A stretch of DNA of 63,753 nt, filler included, from Octopus bimaculoides (GCF_001194135.2; 6 parts of 5 records of this genome joined end to end with filler, not necessarily neighbours in it), one strand, 5' to 3'. Positions 23,180-36,238 are shown, numbered from the whole stretch's first letter. Numbers and translations are program-made. The notes: generated by a model not told the origin, from the sequence alone.

Positions 23180-23325
23180 AGGCAGCGAGCTGGCTGGGTC
23201 GTTAAGCACGTCGGGTAATATGTTTCGCGGCATTTCGTCCGTCTTCACGTTGTGAGTTCAAAATCCGCAAAGGTCGACTTTATTGTTCATCCTTTCAGTG
23301 TTGATAAACTAAGTACCAGTGAAAC
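23180..23325 (+). mobile_element. SINE family B
   Basis: ggcagcgagctggctgggtcgttaagcacgtcggg..gagttcaaaatccgcaaaggtcgact. Confidence 0.8.
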
Positions 23326-23441
23326 ACATACATACCATGATGTACATAGGTACGTACATCATCATCATCATCACCGCCATGACAGCCAATCATTTTATCA
23401 AATTGACATCAAGGGAGGTACATAATCGCCACAACTGCATG

Positions 23442-23508
23442 TTCTTCTTCTTCTTCTTCTTCTTCTTCTTCTTCTTCTTCTTCTTCTTCTTCTTCTTCTT
23501 TTTTTCTT

Positions 23509-23599
<91 letters not shown>
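23442..23599. repeat. Compound (TTC)n-(TTA)n microsatellite
   Basis: Directly visible. Confidence 0.95.
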
Positions 23600-23600
<1 letters not shown>

Positions 23601-23785
23601 GGCGGCGAGCTGGCAGAAACGCTAGCATGCCAAGCAGGATGCTTAGCCCTATTTCGCTCGTTACTAATTACTTCCGTGTTCAAATTCCGTCGAGGACGAC
23701 GTTGCTTTTCATCCTTTCGAGGACGATAAATTAAGTACCAGTGAAACACTGGGGTAGGTGTGATCCCCTAAAATTTCAAACTTAA
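23600..23785 (+). mobile_element. SINE family B
   Basis: ggcggcgagctggcagaaacgctagc..gtgttcaaattccgtcgagg..gataaattaagtaccag. Confidence 0.85.
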
Positions 23786-24115
23786 TTGATTAATAAAAAG
23801 AAGATGCGTCATGTACTCACCTTGATAAGCTTACAGCTGTTTCTGCTGTGAGAAGCAGTGCTCTCAGAGCCGAGTCAGTGTGCAACAGCTTAAAGTTTCT
23901 TCGGAGCCATTAAAATATTAGTGATAGCACTCTCTCTATTTAACCTCGTTTTTCTATATATCTTTTACCTTCTCACTTACACACACATCCACATAATCTA
24001 TTTAGCAACACACACTCACCCACTTATGTAGACGTGTATTCCTCTGTGCGATTTTATATGTATCGATGTGTGTGTGTCTGTGTATATTTACGCGCGTGCA
24101 CACACACACGTTCGA

Positions 24116-24392
24116 ATTCGTAGCCACTTCGACATCCCTCTTCATTCGAACGGACTCTACTGCGATTTTTTAACCCCGAGAGGACATCTCCTCTAGCTAG
24201 TTAACGATGCAAAACTGCATCCGATAAATTGCGAGCAGGGGAGTGAACCCCATACCAATTTCTAGCAAGTAGACCAGTCCTAGTTTCGTGCAGCTCTGCA
24301 TCGTTAGCCAGCTGCTGGAGATGTCCTCTTGGGGTTAAAAAATCGCAATAGAGTTCGTTCGAACGGACAGCCATGTTGAAGTTGCGACGAAT
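24116..24392. mobile_element. MITE/foldback element with about 95-bp imperfect terminal inverted repeats
   Basis: gactctactgcgattttttaaccccgagaggacatctcc pairs with ggagatgtcctcttggggttaaaaaatcgcaatagagtt, and the match extends to both ends. Confidence 0.85.
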
Positions 24393-24483
24393 ATTACTTG
24401 TCAGTACAACTACTGCGTTGATCTCTTAGAGGGATTTTAGAACGGGTGTTTTTGCTTATATATATATAAGTGTGGATGTGTGC

Positions 24484-24914
24484 TTTATGTTTTATGGGTT
24501 TCAGCCAGAGGCTGAGGCCATGCTGGTGCACCGCCTTTATTGCATCCGGGGATTTTTCCAGTATTGCTTCTGGTGAGGTAGCGAGTTGGACGTTACCGTT
24601 CTTCATTGTGCCTCCTGCCGCGATGTGGGTTCATCTTGACATTTTTTGAAGACTTCCATGTCTACACCTGGCAGACCTCGGACGTTCTGTGGTAGGGCAT
24701 TAAAAAGTTGTGGTCCCTTGAATCCCAAGCTATAACAGTATTGGGTTCGTATCCTCGATGGAGAAGATGGGACCTTTGGTACTGTGCAGTGCCGTCCAGT
24801 TCGGGGATTGTTGTAGATTTCAATTCCGATATTTGGAGTCAGACCCTCCATTATTTTCCACATGTATAGCACTGTATATCTCTCACATCTCCTCTCAGGG
24901 GAGTAGACTCCCAG

Positions 24915-24915
<1 letters not shown>
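24484..24915 (-). mobile_element. CR1-group non-LTR retrotransposon 3' end (ORF2 C-terminus + 3' UTR)
   Basis: YSPERRCERYTVLYMWKIMEGLTPN..GRHCTVP..SLGFKGPQLFNALPQNVRGLPGVDMEVFKK..DEP, matching the SLERRRERY..WKI..GPxLFNxLP..FK..DEP pattern; clade assignment is by eye. Confidence 0.75.
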
Positions 24916-24953
<38 letters not shown>

Positions 24954-25712
24954 ATATATATATATAATATATATATATNNNNNNNNNNNNNNNNNNNNNN
25001 NNNNNNNNNNNNNNNNNNNNNNNNNNNNNNNNNNNNNNNNNNNNNNNNNNNNNNNNNNNNNNNNNNNNNNNNNNNNNNNNNNNNNNNNNNNNNNNNNNNN
25101 NNNNNNNNNNNNNNNNNNNNNNNNNNNNNNNNNNNNNNNNNNNNNNNNNNNNNNNNNNNNNNNNNNNNNNNNNNNTGTATATATATATATACATACATAT
25201 ATGCATGTATGTATGTTTGTATATGTATGAATATGTACGTATGTATGTATATATGTATGTATACACGTGTATGTATATAAATATATATGTATATACATGT
25301 ATATGTATATACATGTATGTATATATATGTATATGTATATATATGTATGAATATACATGTATGAATGCATGTGTGTATATATGTATGTATACACATGTAT
25401 GTGTATGTATATATGTGTTTGTATTTACATGTATGCATCTGTATATGTATATATATATGTACATGTATGTATAAGTGTGTGTGTGTGAAAGAGAGACACA
25501 CACACACACACACACACGCACGCGCAGGTATCATATAGCAACGCAATAGGCTAATATCACTAGTCTGCTGTCAAACCTATTTTCTATCAGACGTTAAACT
25601 CTACCACTTGGCGTGTTATGCTTGCTTTTTGCCTAAATTATTTAACAACACGCGCGTGTCCAAACTTCTTTATACCCCACTTCATTAATCCACTACTCTT
25701 CCCCTCTCTCCT

Positions 25713-25752
<40 letters not shown>

Positions 25753-25967
25753 TCTCTCTCTCTCTGTTTCTTTTCTCTCTCTTCTCTTTCTTTCTGTCAT
25801 CCATCTCTATATCTTCCATTTCACATATTTACTAAGCCATTCTTTCTTTTTATCCATTTTCTAATTTTTTTCTTTCTTCGTTTTTTCTCTTCTGTTTTGG
25901 GAAACAAACACAAATACCTACATACATACATACATGCATACATAAATACATTAGACACACGCGCACG

Positions 25968-26009
<42 letters not shown>

Positions 26010-26010
<1 letters not shown>

Positions 26011-26160
26011 GGACCTCCACACAGTTTCCGTCTACCAATGACACTCACAAGGCATTTCTTGGTCCGGCACTATGGTAGACAACATTTACCAAAACTGCTG
26101 TGCAGTAGGACCGAACTCAAAACCACGAGTTTGCTAAACGAGCTTCTTAACCGCGCATCC
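26010..26160 (-). mobile_element. SINE family A, degenerate 5' half
   Basis: cagtttccgtctaccaatgacactcacaagg..gcagtaggaccgaactc. Confidence 0.7.
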
Positions 26161-26465
26161 AACCCTATAGCTATGTTGTGCAATAGAACGCTGGGTATGT
26201 ACCCTCAAAATATCTATGATACAGTGCGTGTTGAACAACTTTTGAAACAGAAAATATAAAAGCGCGCGAAACAGACTATCGGTTCGCTTGGAGCGGCCGC
26301 CGCAACAATCACCTGTGCTCTACATTGTATATTGAGTATTCCAACTTCTTTGTAATAAACGCACACATACACACCCGTACATTTAATTTTATTGCGGCAA
26401 TGCTGGAAACCATTCAAAACTAATTACTCTTGCCAGTCAACATAGATACTTTGGAATTTCGAAAC

Positions 26466-26496
<31 letters not shown>

Positions 26497-26641
26497 CCCC
26501 CTGTTTGTATATTTGTCTGTCTGTCTCTCTCCCTCGGTATANNNNNNNNNNNNNNNNNNNNNNNNNNNNNNNNNNNNNNNNNNNNTTAATTAATTAANNN
26601 NNNNNNNNNNNNNNNNNNNNNNNNNNNNNNNNNNNNNNNNN

Positions 26642-26674
<33 letters not shown>

Positions 26675-27960
26675 CATATATATGTATGTATATATGCATA
26701 TATATATTATTTATATTATATTATATAGAGAGAGATACATACATACATACATGCATGCATACATACATACATACATACATACATACATACATACAAATAT
26801 ATATATACATGTTCTTTCGTTCCTTTATACGTTTCAGTCTAGCTGTGGCCATGCTAGGGCACATGCAGATAAAGTTTTGGTACTTTTAAAAATTTTCGTA
26901 AAGAAAAATTGCAACAGATGTAATTGTACCTCGTTATTCTACCACACGGAGGGACTGAAGCTGAAACCACGTGGTTAGGAAGGAAACTTCTTAACATACA
27001 GCCAAACTTCCAAAATTCAAAACAATTTAGCTTTGATATTGTTAATATGTATGATGCGCTTTCTGTACGCATACTGCGTGTGTCTTTAATGGATTGTGGT
27101 AATCTTCGAGAACGAAACGTTATACATGTTTGCTTATGAATTGTGTATGATTGTTAATCCATAGCAACAGGTCAAAGGGCTTAATTAATGCAGTATTCTA
27201 GTTAGTTCAAAATCCTTAGTGCTGGTTACGACGCTACCTTAATCAATAAATTTACATAGTAACATACGCATCATTGAAATGGAGTAATTATCTATATATG
27301 AGATTGGAGATGATAAATGAAAATCTTTTAACAGTCCGTATAATACTTCTAATATATTTCTCCGGAATCTCGTTATATCAGATATTGGAGTGAGCAGTCT
27401 TATTGACGAATATATGCATATACACGTAATATATGTATGTATGTATATATATANNNNNNNNNNNNNNNNNNNNNNNNNNNNNNNNNNNNNNNNNNNNNNN
27501 NNNNNNNNNNNNNNNNNNNNNNNNNNNNNNNNNNNNNNNNNNNNNNNNNNNNNNNNNNNNNNNNNNNNNNNNNNNNNNNNNNNNNNNNNNNNNNNNNNNN
27601 NNNNNNNNNNNNNNNNNNNNNNNNNNNNNNNNNNNNNNNNNNNNNNNNNNNNNNNNNNNNNNNNNNNNNNNNNNNNNNNNNNNNNNNNNNNNNNNNNNNN
27701 NNNNNNNNNNNNNNNNNNNNNNNNNNNNNNNNNNNNTATATATATATATATATATTTTTCTAATAGTTCTACTAATATCAGATTTCATTGGATTAATTAG
27801 TCTTAGGACGAAAATTTATGTATGCATGTTTAAATAGATATATGAGCATGTTTTTGTATTTACATATAGTTATATGTTTGCATAAATAGGTGTATATAGA
27901 GAAACAGATGTAGATAGATATATAGATAAACAGACTGAGACACAGAGAGACATATAAATA

Positions 27961-28188
27961 CAGTAATCCCTCGACTATCGCGAGTGTTACCTTCCACTCC
28001 ACCCTGCCCCCGCAATAGGTGAAAATCCACAAAGTAGAAACAGTACTGTACTGTATATTTTTAAGATTATTTTTATAATTTGTATATATTTATTTTATTA
28101 TAGATACAAAACAACACGTCGGAGGAATGGATGTAAGCTTAAATAATAAACCGCGATAGGTGAACCGCGATATGGCGAGAGATTACTG
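27961..28188. mobile_element. pogo/Tigger-like MITE, complete (228 bp)
   Basis: TIRs CAGTAATCCCTCG / CGAGAGATTACTG with TA on both sides. Confidence 0.88.
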
Positions 28189-28517
28189 TACATGTATATC
28201 TATCTATGTATAGACGTATAAGAATTTATGTACATGCGCATATGAGTTTAATCTTTCAATGTATTTATATGGTTTATATATGCGTATATTTGAATAACGT
28301 ACGATTACACACACATACACACACGCGAATGTGTGTGAGAGTGTGTGTGTGCGTGTGTGTTTCTGTCTGTCTGTGTATGTTTTCTTTCTGTCGAATGAAA
28401 ACGAGAAGAGTGTTTAATATCTCTTGTACAAGATATAGCTTTTATATCCTCTACAACCACAAGGTTGACCACTTCCAACGAACCGAGAAACAAACAAAAC
28501 ACTCAGAAAAGAACATA

Positions 28518-29707
28518 CGAAGGTGGACTGCAAAGTTCATAGGCTGACTATGAAGGAGTGATGCTAGAAATGTGAAATCTTGCAGGCATTAATTTCAACG
28601 CATTTTATAAATAACAGCAGTGTTTCTTTCCAGGCAAACTGACATCTGACTGTTTAAAGAAGTAACTAATAGCGACTTCTCTTGAAAATGGACAAACTTT
28701 GGCAACGTGGTGTTATCAAGTACCTGCAGAAAAAGGGCTTATCTCCCAAGGACATTCATGCTGACACAACTGCTGCATTGGTGCTGACACATCGGCTCAG
28801 CAGTGCAAAAGTGGGTAGCTGAATATAGGAGGGAAACAGAGTCTTGAAGCTGGCCTGAGGTCTGGGTGTTCTGCAACTGCGACCACTGAGGAAAACATTG
28901 ACTGTTCATCTCATGGTGATGGATAACTGTTGATTGACTATAAATCAAATAATCAATGCTATTAGCTTATCCCGTGAGAAAGTTTAGAATGTTCTACACA
29001 ATGAACTTAGCACGAAGCAAGTTTCTGATTAATGGGTGCTATGTTTTCTGATTCCTGATCAAAAGCACACCAGGCAGATCACATCACTGGAAAAGCTGAC
29101 ATTGTTTGAGATAAATCCGGCTAGTTTCCTTGAACGTTTCCTAACCCAACATGAGTGTTGGGTTCGTCATTTTGAGTCAGAGACCATACAGTGGAAACAC
29201 ACCTTATTTGCTCCAAAAAATACTAAAGTCGTTTCACCTGCAGAGTAGGTGATGGCAAAAGATATCATGCTAATTGACTATCTTCAAAAGAGCCACCACA
29301 TCATTGGAAAGTATCATGCTAAATTGCTGAGGCATTTACGAAAGACTATCAATACGAAACTGATTTTCTTGCATCAGAACAATGCTCCAGCACACAAGTT
29401 TTTGGTGTCAATGGCTGCAGTGTGTGAACTGGTTGATCATCTGCCCTGACCTCTTGTCTTGCTTCTCATTTGAGTATCTTCTGTTCCCCCAGGTGAAAAG
29501 ACACTTGACTGGGATCTAATGTCGCAGTGATGATGACATCATATCTGCTGTTGATGAAATATTATTCACCAATAGGATCTAAGCATTGCAACGCCGATGG
29601 AAGTAATGTGTGGACCGCAAGGGGGACTATGCTGAAAAATAAACCTTATTTGATCACATTCCATTAAAATGTCTTGGGCAGCTTATGAACTTTTCAGCCA
29701 ATCTTCG
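28518..29707 (+). mobile_element. mariner element with both TIRs; decayed transposase at about 28688-29642
   Basis: TA-cgaaggtggactgcaaagttcataggctg ... cagcttatgaacttttcagccaatcttcg-TA; MDKLWQRGVIKYLQKKGL; LHQNNAPAH; GDYAEK*. Confidence 0.9.
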
Positions 29708-29899
29708 TATCTATACCATCAAAAAAGCATTGTCTAGAATGCCTGATCTGCAAAGTCAAAGATATAATAAAAAAGAACTGCAGCGTTAAAAAATTCCCAA
29801 TTTCAGTTTCAATAAATTTTAAAATTTGCATGTACGTATGTGTTTGTATACACACACACACACACCACACATGCATGCACACACACACACACACATTCT

Positions 29900-30093
29900 T
29901 TTTCTAGTTTCAATCATTAGACTGCGGCAATGGTGGTGTGCCACTTAGAGGAAATTTTTGCCGAACGAATCAACGGCAACACTTTTACTTTTTAAGCCAT
30001 TTTATCGTCACTTTTGCCCAACCACCGTTACGGATGCGTAAATACACCAATCTGTAAAGCGGTATTGGGGGAAGACAAAGACATGAACACTCA

Positions 30094-30095
<2 letters not shown>
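29900..30095 (-). mobile_element. SINE family A, degenerate 3' half
   Basis: tttcaatcattagactgcggcaatggtgg..ttttgcccaaccaccg..aaatacacca. Confidence 0.6.
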
Positions 30096-30182
<87 letters not shown>

Positions 30183-30184
<2 letters not shown>

Positions 30185-30680
30185 TCTTTTATTCTTTTAC
30201 TTGTTTCAGTCATTTGACTGCGGCCATGCTGGAGCAGCAACTTTTAGTCGAGCAAATCGACCCCAGGACTCATTCTTCGTAAGCCTAGTACTTATTCTAT
30301 TGGTAACCTTTGCCGAACCGCTAAGTTACAGGGACGTAAACACACCAGCATCGGTTGTCAAGTGATGTTGGGGGGACAAACACAGACACACAAACATATA
30401 CACACGCATACATATACATATACATACATATATACGACGGGCTTCTTTCAGTTTCTGTCTACCAAATCCACTCACAAGGCTTTGGTCGGCCCGAAGCTAT
30501 AGTAGAAGACACATGCCCAAGGTGCCACGCAGTGGGACTGAACCCGGACAGAACCACATAGCCACTCCTGCTTACCACACAGCCACTCCTGCTTACCATA
30601 CAGCCACTCCTGCTTACCACACAGCCACTCCTGCTTACCACACAGCCACTCCTGCGCCTATACCACACAGCCACTCCTGC
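30183..30680 (-). mobile_element. SINE family A, full length, with a tandemly amplified 5' (A-box) segment
   Basis: Whole body matches the reverse complement of 11365-11775; six copies of agccactcctgc at 30560-30680. Confidence 0.92.
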
Positions 30681-30935
30681 GATATATATTAAAGCCCTTG
30701 TAAAAATTACTTGATACATGTTCATAGAATTAGAATTTAAAAAGGTTATTAACAATATTGAAAATAAATATCTAACAAAATGTCATTAATCTTTGTGAGA
30801 GACGTTTGTGTATAGCGTGTATTTTATGTCTAGTTTGTATATGTTGTGTGTAAGCGCTTTCGTTTTTCAGCTTTCAAATACACACATTCTGAACTAATGC
30901 ATAAAGTGGTAGTTGTTCTTTTTGTAATCGTATTT

Positions 30936-31175
30936 ACTATTTCCGATGTGGTTTCGGATTTAAAACTTTTATAAAATATTCTTCTATTGTCTCGTAATTG
31001 ATCGTTTCCATTATTTTTGGGGAAAGGGGGATATTCTAAATTGCTGACTATTTCAAATGTGGTCTATTTCCAATGTGGTTTCGGATTTCGAACTTTTATA
31101 AAGTGTTCTTCTGTTGTCTTTCATAGTTGATCATTTTCATCTTTATTTTGTAAAAGGGGAATATTTAAAATTTTC
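30936..31175. repeat. Degenerate tandem duplication, about 125-bp unit x2
   Basis: ctatttcc(g/a)atgtggtttcggattt..aacttttataaa..ttcttct(a/g)ttgtct occurs twice. Confidence 0.8.
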
Positions 31176-31261
31176 CATTTGCGCAAATGTCTAGATGTTT
31201 ACCACATGGAACATTTCTAAGAGGTGAATCTTTAACATATACATACATACATACATACATT

Positions 31262-31347
<86 letters not shown>

Positions 31348-32005
31348 TTCTGTTTGTTTTTTTCGTTGTTCGAAAAGAAAGTTCGTTTTCTGTCTTCGTA
31401 TTTATGTTTTCGTTTCTCATTGTGTTTAATCCGCTCACTTTCGGTACAACTGCTTTACAAGAACAACAGATAAGTCAGAACAACGTAATTAAGATATTAT
31501 ACACCCTCAAGCATAACATATGAGCATTCCCGTATACTCATGGGCATCTTTCAGCTTCTGTCTACCGTATCCACTCACAACGAAAATCTACCGGTTGTTT
31601 GTAGTTCCAAAAAGACCGTGGTTTGATTTGTTCTTAGGAATATGCAGAAAATACCTACATATAAAACTACTAGTTACAAACACTTGAGTACCACGTATGC
31701 CACTTTCTAAATATTTAAAGCCGTTCAACTGGCTGCAAGCAAAAAGTTGGCTACATACACAAAGATATGAAAAGCAAGCAAGTTTCACGTGAGAATATCC
31801 GTTTCACATGTAAATACATACGTATACGTACGGTTGTATGGTTAAGAGGCTCAATTTGCACATATGTAAATATCTGTGTGTGTATGTACGCGTGTATTAT
31901 ATGTATATCTTTATCTATCTATTTATCTATCTATTCATCTATCGGTCTGTCTGTCTGTCTATCCATTCGTCCGTCCGTCTCTCTGTCTATCTACCCATCC
32001 ATCAT

Positions 32006-32041
<36 letters not shown>

Positions 32042-33161
32042 GTATTCAGTATGCTTCACAGTGAGAGAAACTGATGTAAGTTCATATGTTCAATAAATTT
32101 CATAGCAATAATGTTAGAAATCAGTTCAACAGATTTCAAAGCAGTAAGTTATGTTAGTAATTAAATATGATATAGTTTTTAAAGAATAAAAATAATTCAT
32201 TTTACTAGATCTGTTGTGTTATGAGAAGGATCGTTGTTCGTTGTTTGCTTTTCTCGTGGAAATTGAGTCCTGATTGGTTACTTACTAAAATATGTCACTG
32301 GATTTTGTCCGAGCGAGGCCAAGCGCTCTTAATGTCTGACTGCCTAAGTACGTCCATTTGTTTGTCAACTGTTCTGGACACTTATTGCTCGACAGTAGTC
32401 CAGCATTCTGGTTGGTTGACTACCGTTGGTCATCATTTGTTTAACAACTGTTTTGATGAATTTGTTTTGTCCGATGGCAGCCCAGTGCTTTGGCTGGTTG
32501 ATTTTCTGTGGATTTCACTTGATTATCAAATGCCTTGGTCACTTCCTTTTGTCTGACAGCCATCCAGCGTTCCGCTTAGCTAATTCCTTTAAGACGTCAC
32601 TTCTGTGTCTGGTGTTAGAATCAGTTAGATATTTAATAGTATCATTTGATTTCTACTTTTTTTCTTTGAGAGTTCGGTTTTAACTAAAAGCAATGTTCAA
32701 TTGGTCAAACCTAGGTTGGCAGCAGTAAATAGTACTAAAATGTGTAAAAGGAAAAGGACTAAGGTGATCCCGATGACTTCAATAAAATGAAAATTTGGTA
32801 GTCTTGATGTTTGTTTGATGGGCGAATATCTAGTTGTTTACAGACTATTTTGAGCGACGTAGAATCTCGTATCTATTGAAGGGGCGCCGTCATTCTTTGC
32901 TTCAAAGTAAAACTAATTTGTCCGATATGATCTTCATCATACAATTGCATTTGAACATTCTATTTCTTTTCTTATCTGATTGCCTGTAAGAAAGAAAACC
33001 TATTTTCTTGCATACATACATACATACATACATACATACATACATACATTCATACATACATACACGCATACATACATTTATGTATTTCTCCCTACATTTG
33101 TATATTTCTCTCATACTGCACTCTCTGCACATTTTGATTGAATCTTTCATGNNNNNNNNNN

Positions 33162-33206
<45 letters not shown>

Positions 33207-33563
33207 CACATACATACATGCGTACATATATAAGTACATATATATGCATATATATACACTTATATATATACTTATATGTGTGTGTGTGTATGTGTGTATA
33301 CTCCACATAGTAGTTCGTCTATATATATGTGCGTATATGTGTATATTAAACACATACGTATACATGCATGCATGTGTGTACGCACGCGCACGCGAGTTTA
33401 TGTATCACACGACAAAATGAAGGAGTAGGGGAGTAATTTCTTATAGAAATAAATACTTCACAAATGCAAAAAATATCTATGAAATCTTTTGAGATATAGT
33501 CTTTGAAAACAAATAACTTCAGGTTACAGAGGTGGGCTTAGAGAGAAGACTAGAAAATAATGC

Positions 33564-33604
<41 letters not shown>

Positions 33605-34283
33605 TGTACACGATTTCAGTTTTCTAGTTACAAACACGTTTGTAAAAAATATATTTGTTTGTCCTTCGTAACCGAACGGCAGAAAGACTGATAAAAAATG
33701 AGGCTGCTTTTTATTCGCGTACGTAAACACAAAAAATATGTCGGTGAAAATAGTAAACAACAGAATCATTTTTTATGGGAGTACGGCCCCTCTGCATGTA
33801 GAACTTGACATCAACATATTTACACTCACTTATAAACTCTGTCTAGGAATTTTTAATTTTAAGTTAAGTACAGCTGAAAGTTATAATATTAATTATAGAA
33901 ATAAATATCTCGTAAATACAAGGAATATTTTATTTCGCTGTAAACCTTTAGTTTTGTATTTTCTAAATATAATCAAGTCTGATTCTCAACATTAATAAAA
34001 TAATATATAATGCCAACCTATGAAACATACTACTAATAATACTAAGAAGGTATATATTTTAAGTTAAAGCATGCACACAGTACACACACATGTAAGTATG
34101 TTCATATATCTGCGTGTGAGTGTATGTATTTGGAAAGAGAGAGAGGGGGGAGAGAGAGGAAAGAGAGAGAATGTATATACAATGCGTACAAGATAAGCTC
34201 CTATTTGCTATATGTGCAGGAAATATATGCGTTTGCATTTTCTACATGACCACCCATTTATTTTTCAATATAACATCATCATA

Positions 34284-34452
34284 AGGCGGCGAGCTGGCAA
34301 AAACGTTAGCACGCCGGGCGAAATGCTTAACTGTATTTCGGCTACCAATAAGTACCAGTTACGCACTTGGGTCGATGTAATCGACTTAATCCCTTTGTCT
34401 GTCCTTGTTTGTCCCCCCGCCTCTATGTTTAGCCCCCTGTGGGTAATACAAA
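34284..34452 (+). mobile_element. SINE family B, internally deleted, alternative tail
   Basis: ggcggcgagctggcaaaaacgttagcacgccgggcgaaatgctt..ccctttgtctgtccttgtttgtcccc..tgtttagcccc. Confidence 0.85.
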
Positions 34453-34552
34453 AATAAATATATAACATCAATACTTTCCAATATATAACATCAATACTTT
34501 CCAATATATAAATCAATATTTCAGTGAATATTATAAATGTATATATATATAT

Positions 34553-35238
34553 ATTAGGTTGGCAACTAAATTCCTGCCTTTTTTTCTTAAATTTAATTTT
34601 TTTTAAAGGTTTAATAAAAAAAAATAACAACTAATTAATCCATAATGTATTCACCCTTGTTGGTTACAACTTCTTCCCAACGTTCAACAAGATTTTCAAT
34701 ACCTCTTTGGTAGAAATCGCTCGATTTCGACTCGAAAAACTGATCCAACCAAGCTCTCAATTCTGCATCAGTATTGAACGAAACGCTGCGCATAACATTT
34801 GAAAGAGATCGAAAGAGGTGGAAATCCGTTGCTGCCAGATCAGGAGATTACGGCGAGTGTAGCAGCACTTCTCAAACATACGTTTGAATGGCTTCCTTGG
34901 TCATATTGGCGATATGAGGGCGGGCGTTGTCGTGCAGCAGAAGAACTCCATGCTGACAATTAGGTCTTTTCTCTTGAATAGCCGTGATGAGTCGTTCCAT
35001 CTGTTGAACATAGAGTTCCGCGTTGACCGTTTGGTTCCGTTCAAGCAATTCGTAATGGATAATCCCTTCCCAGTCCCACCATACACCCGACATCGTTTTA
35101 CGCAGATTAAGATCTTGTTTCACGCGCGGTGTCACTTGTTTACCGGGGCTAAGTCATTCCTTACGCTGCTTCGTATTGATGTACAGGCACCATTTTTCGT
35201 CGATTCGGTAAAGAAATCGTTGTTCGTGTCCATGAGTT
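34553..35238 (-). mobile_element. mariner element, 5'-truncated
   Basis: VWWDWEGIIHYELLERNQTVNAELYVQQM; LLLHDNARPHIA; HSP*SPDLAATDFHLFRSL; VERWEEVVTNKGEYIMD*; TIR ttaggttggcaactaa preceded by TA. Confidence 0.92.
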
Positions 35239-35679
35239 GAGCAGTATATATAGATACAGACAAACATAGAAAGATAGAGAATATAAGTTTATAGTTACAT
35301 AGGAATTATATGCACACAAGCATGCACGCACGCACACACACACACATACACACACACACACGCACAAACACGTAAGCATTTAGTTAAAGATTGTCATATG
35401 GTAAAATAAGGCATGAGAGAAAGTGTATATTAAATAAACGTAATAGCTAAATAATAGTGATAAACATACATTTGTGCGTCTGTTTGTTTATAACAGTATG
35501 CGTAGAGATTTAGGTGTACGACTATGTATATATAAGCTTATGAACACATCACTGTATTTCTCTCTCTATCTCTCACCCTGTTTCCCTTCCTTTCACCCTC
35601 TGTTTCTCTTCATATATATTTGTTTGTTTGTTTGTTTGTATGTGTGTGTATGTGTGTGCATGTGTGTGTGTGTGTGTGC

Positions 35680-35722
<43 letters not shown>

Positions 35723-36103
35723 NNNNNNNNNNNNNNNNNNNNNNNNNNNNNNNNNNNNNNNNNNNNNNNNNNNNNNNNNNNNNNNNNNNNNNNNNNNNNN
35801 NNNNNNNNNNNNNNNNNNNNNNNNNNNNNNNNNNNNNNNNNNNNNNNNNNNNNNNNNNNNNNNNNNNNNNNNNNNNNNNNNNNNNNNNNNNNNNNNNNNN
35901 NNNNNNNNNNNNNNNNNNNNNNNNNNNNNNNNNNNNNNNNNNNNNNNNNNNNNNNNNNNNNNNNNNNNNNNNNNNNNNNNNNNNNNNNNNNNNNNNNNNN
36001 NNNNNNNNNNNNNNNNNNNNNNNNNNNNNNNNNNNNNNNNNNNNNNNNNNNNNNNNNNNNNNNNNNNNNNNNNNNNNNNNNNNNNNNNNNNNNNNNNNNN
36101 NNN

Positions 36104-36199
<96 letters not shown>

Positions 36200-36238
36200 A
36201 TATATATTTATATATATATATATATATATATGTAGGCA

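Noticed and set aside
26586-26598. TTAATTAATTAA islands embedded in N runs (also at about 47697, 51413, 56450, 59908)
   Set aside because: An identical 12-mer centred in similar-length N blocks, with stops in all six frames, is a scaffolding spacer rather than biological sequence
30559-30680. 21-bp direct-repeat array as CRISPR-like (also 2734-2793 and 22367-22420)
   Set aside because: No unique spacers, eukaryotic context, and the units derive from adjacent repeat sequence
32200-32900. Imperfect internal repeats and - strand ORF-like sequence, possibly a retroelement N-terminus
   Set aside because: No diagnostic motif identifiable by eye
35474-35540. YNSMRRDLG as a possible IILNSMHRYQP exon
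   Set aside because: Only NSM matches; no acceptor and no downstream T-box similarity
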